The notes beneath the pieces were generated by a model. That model saw only the letters and a program-made list of their open reading frames with translations. It did not search any database and was not told the origin of the DNA. Below, piece after piece: positions 10,042 to 18,690 of a stretch of 64,000 nt of DNA (positions within the stretch are counted from its first letter, which is position 1; the number at the start of each line of letters is the position of its first letter). The translations under genes and the position numbers were made by a program. Location of the stretch: IMG/VR virus record IMGVR_UViG_3300035208_008180, one strand, 5' to 3'. The DNA is from a virus. Taxonomy: Duplodnaviria > Caudoviricetes.

Positions 10042-11136
10042 TTACTCTTCGTCAGCAAAAGTGGGCTTGGTGGGAACCGTATAGTTCGGCCCCCATTCAA
10101 ACACGTCCTTTTTACGCTCGATGAGATTGATGCACGGTCTGTTGTAAACAAAACAAATCACGCCGTGTAGAACTCTTCGATAGATTTTGACTGGCGGGGC
10201 TGTGCGTCTGCCTTTGATGCTGTTGACCCATTTATAGGTAGCTCGAACAGGGTCTTCGGCTTGAAAGCCTTCAACTTTCTGGAAACGCTCACAGAAGGGA
10301 GCTATTTTGTCCATTCCGTACCATAGAGCAGCTTTGGCGATTGCTGCCTGTACATCGGATCGCTCTTTTTTGAGATAGTGTCCTACCCATTTGATGACTT
10401 CGTTGTACTTGAGCAAAAAGTCAGCAATTTCAGAGTCTGTAATCTTTTTGCCCCGATTGACGCCCAGCATCATGGATTTGCAAATGGATGTTGCTTTGTC
10501 TTTGACAACATCTTTGCCGAGAAGCAGTGCTAGTTTTTGCCCTGTGGGACGCTTCATGCCAGAATCGACAACAAATCGAGCAATTACTGGCACTTGGAAG
10601 GTGACGTACAACGGCACATCTATATCCGCCACACGAACAGCCGCAATGCGATGTTGTCCTTGGTACAAGTCGCCATTGATATCGATTCCAAGGCTTTCCT
10701 CTGTTTGCAAATAACTACCGTTACGCATGTCTCTTGAAAGGGACTCAATCCATGCTCCGTCACGGGGTCGATTTGCATGGTTGAAGGTTTCCAACACTTC
10801 ACACATTGCACGATTCAACAGCACATATTCTGAGTATTGGTGCGGCTTTTTGGGGCAGTGACACCACGGCTTGCCAGTTAATTTGGCTTGCTCCAAGTAG
10901 TATCGCTGGTTGTCGAAAGCTTCCTGCAAAGTTTCCCGATCCATATGTCGATTACGAGCCAGAAGTTCCTCTGGCAGTGTCCGACCTGTGTTTCTTACGG
11001 GAAAAGGAACCTTTAGCGGTGTAGCAGGAACAACAAGAGGTGTTTTAGCAAGCACCCCTATTTGAGCGAGACGGTCATAAAAATGCTCCACTACAGTGCT
11101 TCCAAGTGTCGGAATGGCTGCGTCGTCTGACATCAT
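10042..11136 (-). CDS. ParB/Srx-fold N-terminal domain protein
   Basis: NRP...M..G.Y...GDLYQGQHRIAAV resembles the DGQHR motif. Confidence 0.6.
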   Translation of the reverse strand: MMSDDAAIPTLGSTVVEHFYDRLAQIGVLAKTPLVVPATPLKVPFPVRNTGRTLPEELLARNRHMDRETLQEAFDNQRYYLEQAKLTGKPWCHCPKKPHQYSEYVLLNRAMCEVLETFNHANRPRDGAWIESLSRDMRNGSYLQTEESLGIDINGDLYQGQHRIAAVRVADIDVPLYVTFQVPVIARFVVDSGMKRPTGQKLALLLGKDVVKDKATSICKSMMLGVNRGKKITDSEIADFLLKYNEVIKWVGHYLKKERSDVQAAIAKAALWYGMDKIAPFCERFQKVEGFQAEDPVRATYKWVNSIKGRRTAPPVKIYRRVLHGVICFVYNRPCINLIERKKDVFEWGPNYTVPTKPTFADEE

Positions 11137-11177
11137 TTGTTCTCCGTGTGATGGAATATCTTGGACACCTGTGAAGC

Positions 11178-11205
11178 ATTATACTCCAGGCTTTAAGCTT
11201 GTAAA
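11178..11205 (-). promoter_or_regulatory. Sigma70-type early promoter TTTACA-N16-TATAAT
   Basis: Minus strand tttaca agcttaaagcctggag tataat; same layout as 40072 and 43141. Confidence 0.7.
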
Positions 11206-11313
11206 GTGCTTTTGCTCAAAAAAAGGAAGACCTTTGCTGCAAGTCTTTGTTTTGTAACGACTTACAACTTGAAAATTTTTGGAAAAAGATCAGATGCCCT
11301 TAGGCATCCTCAC

Positions 11314-11351
11314 TGCACTTGCATTGCACTTGTATTGCACTTGCATTGCAT
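11314..11351. repeat. Tandem 11-bp repeat (TGCACTTGCAT)x3 plus partial copy
   Basis: tgcacttgcat tgcacttgtat tgcacttgcat tgcat in non-coding DNA. Confidence 0.85.
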
Positions 11352-11433
11352 GCTGCAAAAGGGGGGTATAAAAAAAGGGGTTGCCGGGGATTTCCGCCAA
11401 GAAATCATACCATTAACCCCCCAAGAACTTAGC

Positions 11434-12174
11434 TTAAAATATTTGAAGTTGCATTTTCTCAGAAACATAAGTACAATCGCCAAAATCCATTTCGATCCAC
11501 ACATTATAGATTCCGACTGCCAAATCCAATCCATTTTCTGATGTATCTAAGAGATAATATCCGAGGCATTTTTCCCTATATTGTATGTCTTCACCCTCTA
11601 CAACCATACGCAGGTCTTGCTCTTCTGGCATACACTCAACACATTCCTGCTCGATGTATATCCTAAGAGGAGCGGCTATTGCAAGGTTTGTATAATATTC
11701 CTCTAGTTCGGACATTTGTCTTACATTAGGTTTGACCTGAATTATTAAATATTGTTTGCCACCTTGTCGAATACGATTCGGTTGAAACCTAAAATTGAAA
11801 TCATATACAATCGGGGTAGTGCCAGTATACCACAAATCGGGGTATATTTGGAATTGTTTTTCTTCGACAATGGGCTCATCATCTTCTCGAAAAACTACAT
11901 ACCACAAATCTAGATATTCGCCAATAACATACAAATTTCCAGCCACAGTGGTTGACGCAACATATTGTCCTGTTTCTGTATTTGTGACATTGGTGATTGT
12001 TTCTACCAATCGTCTGCCATCGGGATTATCAGTCGTTTTTTCACTAGGGTCTAAAAACCATATTTCTACTTTTTGTACTTCATGTACATCCATTCTGTTA
12101 TTAGAATTATATGTAAAGAACCTTAAATCAAGAGTATCGCCTATAACTGGATTTTGATATCTTTCTTTAGCCAT
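11434..12174 (-). CDS. Putative virion structural (beta-rich) protein
   Basis: 246 aa, preceded by TAAATA and GAGG; follows the gp26-like gene. Confidence 0.5.
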   Translation of the reverse strand: MAKERYQNPVIGDTLDLRFFTYNSNNRMDVHEVQKVEIWFLDPSEKTTDNPDGRRLVETITNVTNTETGQYVASTTVAGNLYVIGEYLDLWYVVFREDDEPIVEEKQFQIYPDLWYTGTTPIVYDFNFRFQPNRIRQGGKQYLIIQVKPNVRQMSELEEYYTNLAIAAPLRIYIEQECVECMPEEQDLRMVVEGEDIQYREKCLGYYLLDTSENGLDLAVGIYNVWIEMDFGDCTYVSEKMQLQIF

Positions 12175-12196
12175 TAGTTGTTTTCCTCTGATTTAT

Positions 12197-12367
12197 TTAG
12201 TGTCTTTTTGATTTTTGTTTTGCAGCTTCTATTGCTTCATTTTCTTTTTCTTTTTGTTGAATAAATCGTTCAATAAACCATTTTCTTTCAAAGATCGGAA
12301 ATGACATTGCCACTTCTGGTTTTTGACGTAAATGATACATGAAAAAGAACTTCTCCTCCATTAGCAT
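12197..12367 (-). CDS. gp51-like small tail-assembly ORF (-1 frame extension of upstream gene)
   Basis: MLMEEKFFFMYHL...FERKWFIERFIQQKEKENEAIE; absent from the ORF track; frame open back to the slippery site at 12454. Confidence 0.6.
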   Translation of the reverse strand: MLMEEKFFFMYHLRQKPEVAMSFPIFERKWFIERFIQQKEKENEAIEAAKQKSKRH

Positions 12368-12396
12368 TTCCCACAATTGCAGGGACGGTGGGGGTT

Positions 12397-13461
12397 TTAC
12401 TCCTCCTCGTTCTCCATCTTGTTCCCCTTCTTCCGTTTGCGTGGGAAGAAAAAATCTGCTTCAAGTGGCAAATCAATGGTGAATTCTTCCAAACACCCAG
12501 GACAGTAAATATCTACACTGGTATCCACACCAAATGGCGGCTCGGCAATAGTATTGCGGATATGAGCCACATCATTGATATGCATTTCCTTTAACAACTG
12601 CAAGATTTCTCTTTTCTCTGTGCAGCCGCCCAAATTCTCTACCAACAAAGAGCTACGATAAAGCAATGTATCGTCTGTGCCCGTGGTATTTTTTCCTTTG
12701 CGTTCCCTGTAGTCCTGCACTCTTTGTTCATCTTCTCCTCTAGACAAACGATATGTGAAAGGAATGCTTGTTTGCGGCGTTTGATCCTTGAGTGAATTTG
12801 CATCAAAATCGGCTGGACAGGCATCTACGTACAAACCATTTAGATCGATAACATGTCCAAAACGTCGATCACAACCGGGGCATTTTACTTCTACGTCATA
12901 TTGCGGCGTATAAGAGATACCACGCAGGTAAATGAGCAAATAGGTGCGGTCTTCAGTCAAAAATTTCTCGGCATCATAATCCTCTTGTATACAGTGATTG
13001 AAGATCATGTTCATGGCTTTGCCCTTTTTGACAAATCGGCTTGTGGCCAGAATTTCTTCTTCTTGTCCTGTCATGGGTCTAATGTGTAGTTTTCCATTTC
13101 TTGGGCCATCTGTACCATCGTAGAATTTGCCTTTTGAAGGAAGTTCGATTTCTTCAAAGGTTGCTTTGGATTGCTTGATTCTGGCCCGCATTTGTTGAAA
13201 GGCGTCACCACCATCAAGAGGCTCTTCAGACATGGCTTCTGGCCTTCTTTGCGGACCCTTTAGTTGCTGGTCCAGAATTTTCTGGGCAAAGGGAGGGATT
13301 TTCCCCGTAATCGGCAATTGTGCTGGACTGGCTGGCGATGTTTCCAACTCTTCTTCAACTGCTCTACGCACCTGGGAAATTTCATTCAGTGCATTTTGAT
13401 CTGATTTGATCTCATCTGGACTTATTGGTTTACGTTGTGGTCTAAAAGCTTCTTCTGGCAT
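12397..13461 (-). CDS. T4 gp26-like baseplate hub/tail assembly chaperone
   Basis: IELPSKG, IRPMT..EE.IL, DR.YLLIYLR.ISY, two CPGC motifs, C-terminal FFF. Confidence 0.75.
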   Translation of the reverse strand: MPEEAFRPQRKPISPDEIKSDQNALNEISQVRRAVEEELETSPASPAQLPITGKIPPFAQKILDQQLKGPQRRPEAMSEEPLDGGDAFQQMRARIKQSKATFEEIELPSKGKFYDGTDGPRNGKLHIRPMTGQEEEILATSRFVKKGKAMNMIFNHCIQEDYDAEKFLTEDRTYLLIYLRGISYTPQYDVEVKCPGCDRRFGHVIDLNGLYVDACPADFDANSLKDQTPQTSIPFTYRLSRGEDEQRVQDYRERKGKNTTGTDDTLLYRSSLLVENLGGCTEKREILQLLKEMHINDVAHIRNTIAEPPFGVDTSVDIYCPGCLEEFTIDLPLEADFFFPRKRKKGNKMENEEE

Positions 13462-13507
13462 ATTTGCTCCTGTTTAATTATTGCTTTCTAACTATGATAG
13501 TAAATAA

Positions 13508-13864
13508 ATGCTGATAATAAATTTTAACAATGTTGAAAATTTAGTTTTTTACAACGAAAAGGTTCAGGCGTTACTTCCTGAATTCATACATTTATTTAAT
13601 TCTTGGAAATTTGCTGTAAAAAATCCATCTTTTCGAAGCCTTGGCAAACGATCTATAGCCGATTTTCTCAATCACTTAACAGAGGATAATATCGAGGTTT
13701 TGACTAAATACTTTGGGGACAAAATACAAATCGATAGGATTGATTATCATATAGTTAAAAATTCAGAGTACAGCGTTGATACTACCGAGGTTTTGCAAGA
13801 TGCTTTCTCTAATATAGTATTGTTCAGAAAAAATAATCATTTATATGTATCTTCTTGGAGATAA
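13508..13864 (+). CDS. Hypothetical protein
   Basis: 118 aa ORF heading a + strand run. Confidence 0.6.
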   Translation: MLIINFNNVENLVFYNEKVQALLPEFIHLFNSWKFAVKNPSFRSLGKRSIADFLNHLTEDNIEVLTKYFGDKIQIDRIDYHIVKNSEYSVDTTEVLQDAFSNIVLFRKNNHLYVSSWR

Positions 13865-13866
13865 TT

Positions 13867-14247
13867 ATGGCAAATTTAATTTTATTTCTCTTAGCTTCTG
13901 TTGGGCTTTCTCACATCTTGGTGGAAAGCACCATATGTGATCCTTTGAGAACATGGTTTAAAGATAGGTCTCCCAAAGAAGGCGACCCTTGTCCAAAGCC
14001 ACTATCCTTTAAGTGGTTGTGTGGCAAAACTTCATATATACTGGGTTGTTACCAATGTAGTGGCGTATGGTCTGGCTGGATTATGGCTGGTTTTATTTTG
14101 ACCAGTTGGAATGTTGATGTCTCCATAATATACAACTTGTTTACAAATCTGGCAGTAATAATACCAGCGGGCTTTGCCGCCAGTATTATTTCTAATCTAG
14201 TGGCTATCTTACTGACTTATTTAGAAGCAAACTCCTTGGTTAAATAA
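13867..14247 (+). CDS. Membrane protein, DUF1360-like
   Basis: Hydrophobic segments and CYQCSGVW. Confidence 0.55.
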   Translation: MANLILFLLASVGLSHILVESTICDPLRTWFKDRSPKEGDPCPKPLSFKWLCGKTSYILGCYQCSGVWSGWIMAGFILTSWNVDVSIIYNLFTNLAVIIPAGFAASIISNLVAILLTYLEANSLVK

Positions 14248-14636
14248 TGGGCGAAATATATCAATTATTTTGTAATAACTGTTGCTGGAAAAGAATTAGT
14301 GAAAATCTAGAAGCCAAGGATTTAACCGAGGTAAAAACCACTGACGTTCCCAAGGGCATTCCTCATATAGACCCAGTAAACGGAGATATGATAATCCCCA
14401 AACCGCTTAAACGCAACAAGAAGTATAAATGTCCAAATTGTGGGTTTGTTATAATTCCTCGCAAAATAGAAAACCCACAAGAAAATGTAGAACAAAACAT
14501 GGATATGCAAAGACGCATACAGAAACGATTGGAAAATGACGAGAAAGAAAAGGTGAAACAACTTGAGAGAGAACAGCTTAAAAAACAACGTGGGGCTGAT
14601 GGAAGTGAAACAAGCCCTGGCAGACGGACGCTTTAG
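14247..14636 (+). CDS. Zn-ribbon protein
   Basis: CNNC...CPNCG. Confidence 0.6.
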   Translation: MGEIYQLFCNNCCWKRISENLEAKDLTEVKTTDVPKGIPHIDPVNGDMIIPKPLKRNKKYKCPNCGFVIIPRKIENPQENVEQNMDMQRRIQKRLENDEKEKVKQLEREQLKKQRGADGSETSPGRRTL

Positions 14637-14958
14637 AGATGCGTTGCCCTTAGAAATCAGGGATGATGTCGCCAAATATCTACATTGCCCCAGTTGTGCC
14701 TCTAATGTAAATTTTTTCAGGAACGTTCTAAAAACTTGCAAAAAGCAACTCAGCGATTATTATCCGGGCAGAGAGTTTTTTGATGAAGAAAAAGAAATAG
14801 AGACACTGGCCGCCAATCATTGGTCTGTGTTTTCTTGTCACATCAATGATTTGGAAGGTAAATTACGAGCTTTGCCCAAGGGCAGAAAACAAATTGCTAT
14901 GGCTCGCTGGGAAGATCAAATCACTGTAGTAGTCAACGAAATTGATTATATTTATTGA
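14599..14958 (+). CDS. Hypothetical protein
   Basis: Coupled ORF with CPSC; start is 14599 or 14563. Confidence 0.55.
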   Translation: MEVKQALADGRFRDALPLEIRDDVAKYLHCPSCASNVNFFRNVLKTCKKQLSDYYPGREFFDEEKEIETLAANHWSVFSCHINDLEGKLRALPKGRKQIAMARWEDQITVVVNEIDYIY

Positions 14959-15530
14959 TGGTAAAAGAATTGTTTTTGCAAACGAACATATATCCATTCC
15001 TTGGGCATCGTGCTCAAGGATTCTACAAAATTGTAGAACATCTTGAAAACAATCCTCATGGGTATATTATAGAAACAGGAACAACAAGAGGGGTAGGCGG
15101 TTGGTATAGCGAGGGACAAAGCACGTTGATTTGGGATTGGGTCAAGACGCTATTGCCAGACATTAAAATCATATCAATAGACAAAGATCAGTCCTGTATC
15201 AATATCGCAAAATCGCAAACCAAGCATGTTGAATATGTCTGTGATGATTCTGTGAATGCACTGAACACAATGAGTGGTTCAATAACAAAGGATACAATAC
15301 TTTTGTATTTAGACAGCATGGATTGGAGTGAAAAAGCAGCCCTCGAATCCAGCTTGCATCATCTGTGCGAATTGGCATGTGTTTGGACAAGCTTACCAAA
15401 GGGATGTCTTATTGTTGTAGATGATCGACACTCAGAGACAATGGGCAAACATATTATGGTCGAACAGTTTATGAACAAACTTGGCATAATTCCTTTTTTC
15501 AAAGAATATCAAATAGCATGGATTAAATAG
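14955..15530 (+). CDS. Class I SAM-dependent methyltransferase-like protein
   Basis: IIETGT, ISID, DSV, LYLDS, IVVDD. Confidence 0.7.
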   Translation: MMVKELFLQTNIYPFLGHRAQGFYKIVEHLENNPHGYIIETGTTRGVGGWYSEGQSTLIWDWVKTLLPDIKIISIDKDQSCINIAKSQTKHVEYVCDDSVNALNTMSGSITKDTILLYLDSMDWSEKAALESSLHHLCELACVWTSLPKGCLIVVDDRHSETMGKHIMVEQFMNKLGIIPFFKEYQIAWIK

Positions 15531-16473
15531 ATTTGCTTTCATGACAATAATGTTTTGATTTTTTGATATTGGAACAACTGTTTATCATTTTCTGAGGATA
15601 TGATTTATACTTACTGATTTCTATTGGCCACTCATCAGACAAATCCCTACGGCCCCCCAAAATCAAAGCATTTTCATAGAATATCATGGCCTTTTGGAAA
15701 TTGTCTTGTTGGTAGTAAATATCTCCCAATAAGCACCAAAATTCGGACATGATGGGGCGAACGGCCAGACAAGGCAATATGTGTTTAAAAGCAGAGTGTA
15801 AATCTTTAAATTGATAGCAGTAAACCATAGCAAGATAATATTTGAGCATTACGGCTGATATGCCTTCTTTTTCCAGAAAAAGGTAATGATTTGATATAGC
15901 CACAAATTCTCGATACTTAGCTTGTTGCAGCAAAATACAAGCTTCGTAATAATACGGATTAGGTGACGTAGGTTGTTCTTTTTTCCAACTTCTTATAACA
16001 TCCAGTTGTCCTTGAAGGGGTGGTTGTTTTTTACTATAAATTATCACTTCTTTAAGTAGTTTTGCGTTTGGATCATATAAAGTTTCAAATATTGGATTTA
16101 CAAATCTAAATCCACTAGACATGCTCCACAATCTTATTTCCTTAGAAACAATATTTTCTTGAAATATTTGACATAACCAAGAATTGCTTTGTAGGTTTTC
16201 TAAATGTCTGTGCCCTTGTGCTAACACTTCCCAAGGCTGAATGTAAAAAGCCCAGGGAGTTTTGGTGTTTTCTATCAAAACATTGCGGGCAACCGAACAG
16301 TTGTTTGTAACTGGGATAATTTTTGCTTTAAACTTGCGACAGATTGCGAGAGAATTATCTGTTGAGCCCTGATCGCCTATTAGAATTGGGCAATCTAAAA
16401 CAACAAGTGATTGCAACGATTGCTCAATATCCTGTTCATTGTTTCTAACCAGAAGATGAACTGTCAGGTTCAT
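15523..16473 (-). CDS. GT2-like glycosyltransferase domain plus TPR repeats
   Basis: LLVRNNE...DQGSTDNS...ARN; TPR-like EFWCLLGDIYY. Confidence 0.7.
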   Translation of the reverse strand: MNLTVHLLVRNNEQDIEQSLQSLVVLDCPILIGDQGSTDNSLAICRKFKAKIIPVTNNCSVARNVLIENTKTPWAFYIQPWEVLAQGHRHLENLQSNSWLCQIFQENIVSKEIRLWSMSSGFRFVNPIFETLYDPNAKLLKEVIIYSKKQPPLQGQLDVIRSWKKEQPTSPNPYYYEACILLQQAKYREFVAISNHYLFLEKEGISAVMLKYYLAMVYCYQFKDLHSAFKHILPCLAVRPIMSEFWCLLGDIYYQQDNFQKAMIFYENALILGGRRDLSDEWPIEISKYKSYPQKMINSCSNIKKSKHYCHESKSI

Positions 16474-16670
16474 GTTTTGCCCGCCTCTCCGCTAATAACA
16501 ACATAGCATCTGCTTCTTCTGTGCGATTTATAGATTTTAGGTATTTTGCAAAATCCTCATATGGTTTTTTAGCAGTTGGTTGCTCTATTATAGATAAAAT
16601 GAGATTAATTGGATTTGACATTTAATTTTATTAAGCAGACATATTTAATACTTTATATTAAAGGAGTTTC

Positions 16671-17201
16671 ATGGCCAGCGAATATATCAACAATCAACAA
16701 TTTGAACGAAATATAGCACAGTATCAGAATGCAAAGAAAAAGAAAGCAAGGTGTTTGTTGGTTATTGAAGATTTAAGAGATACCATTAAAAGGAAAGGCA
16801 TCAGGAAGGTCATATGTGCCTCCGAGCGAAAAGTATTAAAATCATATCAGTTGACCTATCAATCTGCTGAAAATGACTATAAAGATGCTGAAATAAAGCT
16901 GGCCTCTGATTTTTTTCTCTTGGCTGAAAATCTAACTCGTTACTTTAAGTTTCACTTAATAGAACCAGATGACGCAATCCAAGAAGGTGTAATGATTTGC
17001 TTTGAGAAAATAGATAGATTTAATCCTATTAAGGGCAAAGCTTTCAACTATATGACCACCTGCTGTGCCAACCATTTTCGACAGCTACACAGGACATCAA
17101 AGAATTACAATGAGCTAAAAAAGAAGTTTTTTACCTTCAAACAGACCTGCGAACAACGAACAATCATAAAAAACGGAAAAGAAATACCATTTTTTACATA
17201 A
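16671..17201 (+). CDS. Phage late-transcription sigma factor (gp55-like)
   Basis: DDAIQEG...C...IDRFNP.KGKAFNY.T..C.N.F; sigma region 2 only. Confidence 0.75.
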   Translation: MASEYINNQQFERNIAQYQNAKKKKARCLLVIEDLRDTIKRKGIRKVICASERKVLKSYQLTYQSAENDYKDAEIKLASDFFLLAENLTRYFKFHLIEPDDAIQEGVMICFEKIDRFNPIKGKAFNYMTTCCANHFRQLHRTSKNYNELKKKFFTFKQTCEQRTIIKNGKEIPFFT

Positions 17202-17241
17202 TTTAGTAGAAAAGGTGTTGCAAAAGTAATATAATAATGTT

Positions 17242-17469
17242 ATGAAGTATAATCCATTAGAACAATTAGAAACAGCCGAGTTAATAGAAAAGTTAAAAAG
17301 TTGGGGTTATGGGGACTTAATAAAAGTTCTCTTAGAAGATGCAGAGGTCTATACTAAAAAGGGCAGATTGAACAAATCAGGTGCTTGCCGAGTTTTGGAC
17401 TGGAAAAGCAAACAACTTGAAGATGCCCTTGCAGCCTGTAAACAAATACTGCACAACGAATTTGATTAG
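17242..17469 (+). CDS. Small hypothetical protein, possible HTH
   Basis: 75 aa; LNKSGACRVLDW. Confidence 0.45.
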   Translation: MKYNPLEQLETAELIEKLKSWGYGDLIKVLLEDAEVYTKKGRLNKSGACRVLDWKSKQLEDALAACKQILHNEFD

Positions 17470-17972
17470 TTATTGATATAGGCCCTGTCATATCGAAGCG
17501 ACAGATCGCAGGTACAATATTCTGATGTACCCATATCTAAATCTCCGAATTCTATAGATTCTGGCCATACATTCTCTAGTATCCATTCTTCTACAACGCT
17601 TCCGCACCCATCTAACATTTCTAAAGTAACTCTGGGAATTACAAATGCAGTTGATGGGTCTTTCCAAGTTGCATCATTTTGTGGATCATATTGTTTTTTA
17701 AGCCATTCGAAAACTGGATGTTTGTTTTTTTTGAGATCAAATAATGTTAGAGTAATCGGCTTCCAGTCTGGTTTGGTGGGTCGATAAATTATCTCATTCA
17801 GATGTTGTATTTCCATTGTCTTAAAACTAAGACCAGGACGTGATGCCTTAGATGGCGGCAAACAATTAGTGCCGGAAGCAGATATGTTTTCAATTTTCAG
17901 AAGCCATCTGAATTTTTGTTTATAACAAGTTGTTGGCTTTTCAAGACCAAACTGAAGACCCATTAAACCCAT
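17466..17972 (-). CDS. Tail tube protein (gp19-like), copy 2
   Basis: KFRW, W.PITLT.FD, W.LENVWP..I.FGDLD, LRYDRA. Confidence 0.85.
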   Translation of the reverse strand: MGLMGLQFGLEKPTTCYKQKFRWLLKIENISASGTNCLPPSKASRPGLSFKTMEIQHLNEIIYRPTKPDWKPITLTLFDLKKNKHPVFEWLKKQYDPQNDATWKDPSTAFVIPRVTLEMLDGCGSVVEEWILENVWPESIEFGDLDMGTSEYCTCDLSLRYDRAYINN

Positions 17973-18052
17973 ATTTATTGTTCTCCAAAAAACAATGGTA
18001 CGTGAACATATTTTTCACGTACCATTGTATAATAGTCAATAACCATGCGATT

Positions 18053-18610
18053 TTATTCTTGGCAATCCAAGCAACCGCAGCTACCCTGTTGAACTGGGCA
18101 ACGGCTTTCGTATTTGACGTTTGTATATCGAAGCGTAAGTTTCACTTCGCAAATGTCATTACTATCCATTGCCAAATCCCCGAAATCGATAGCTTTGGGC
18201 CAAACGGCATCCAGTGTCCATGTTTCCATGTCGTTTCCGCAACCATCATACAAGACTAGTGTAGCAACACCCTTGTATTTTTGGAGCTTGGAGTTTTGTT
18301 GCAACTCAACTGGTTTCGTAAAGTCGTAAGTTGCAGTAAGCCATCGGAACAAAGTTCCAATTTCCGTACTGTTGCAATCATAATACGTTACTTCTAATGG
18401 TTGCCAAGTGCCCTTGCCAGGAATCCATGTTTTAGCATTGAGGAAGTTCACTTCTGTTTCTTCAATGTCTAAATTAGGTCTAGCTGCTGTCTTAACAAAG
18501 TGATAGTCGATATCGCCGCACTCTGTTTTTAGCTTAAAAGTCCATCGAAACTTCCTTTTAAACACTCTAGTATCAAGGCCAATTGGACCTAAACCCATTG
18601 GTATACCCAT
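18053..18610 (-). CDS. Tail tube protein (gp19-like), copy 1
   Basis: KFRWTF, PGKGTWQP, W.LDAVWP.AIDFGDL; directly after the sheath. Confidence 0.88.
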   Translation of the reverse strand: MGIPMGLGPIGLDTRVFKRKFRWTFKLKTECGDIDYHFVKTAARPNLDIEETEVNFLNAKTWIPGKGTWQPLEVTYYDCNSTEIGTLFRWLTATYDFTKPVELQQNSKLQKYKGVATLVLYDGCGNDMETWTLDAVWPKAIDFGDLAMDSNDICEVKLTLRYTNVKYESRCPVQQGSCGCLDCQE

Positions 18611-18640
18611 AGTATCTTCTCCTTTTATTTATTAAACAAG

Positions 18641-18673
18641 AGCCTGTGGCGGTCTTTTAGACCGCCACCGGCT
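18641..18673 (-). terminator. Hairpin after the tail sheath gene
   Basis: gtggcggtc/gaccgccac perfect inverted repeat. Confidence 0.65.
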
Positions 18674-18690
18674 TATTTTGTGTGGCCCTA

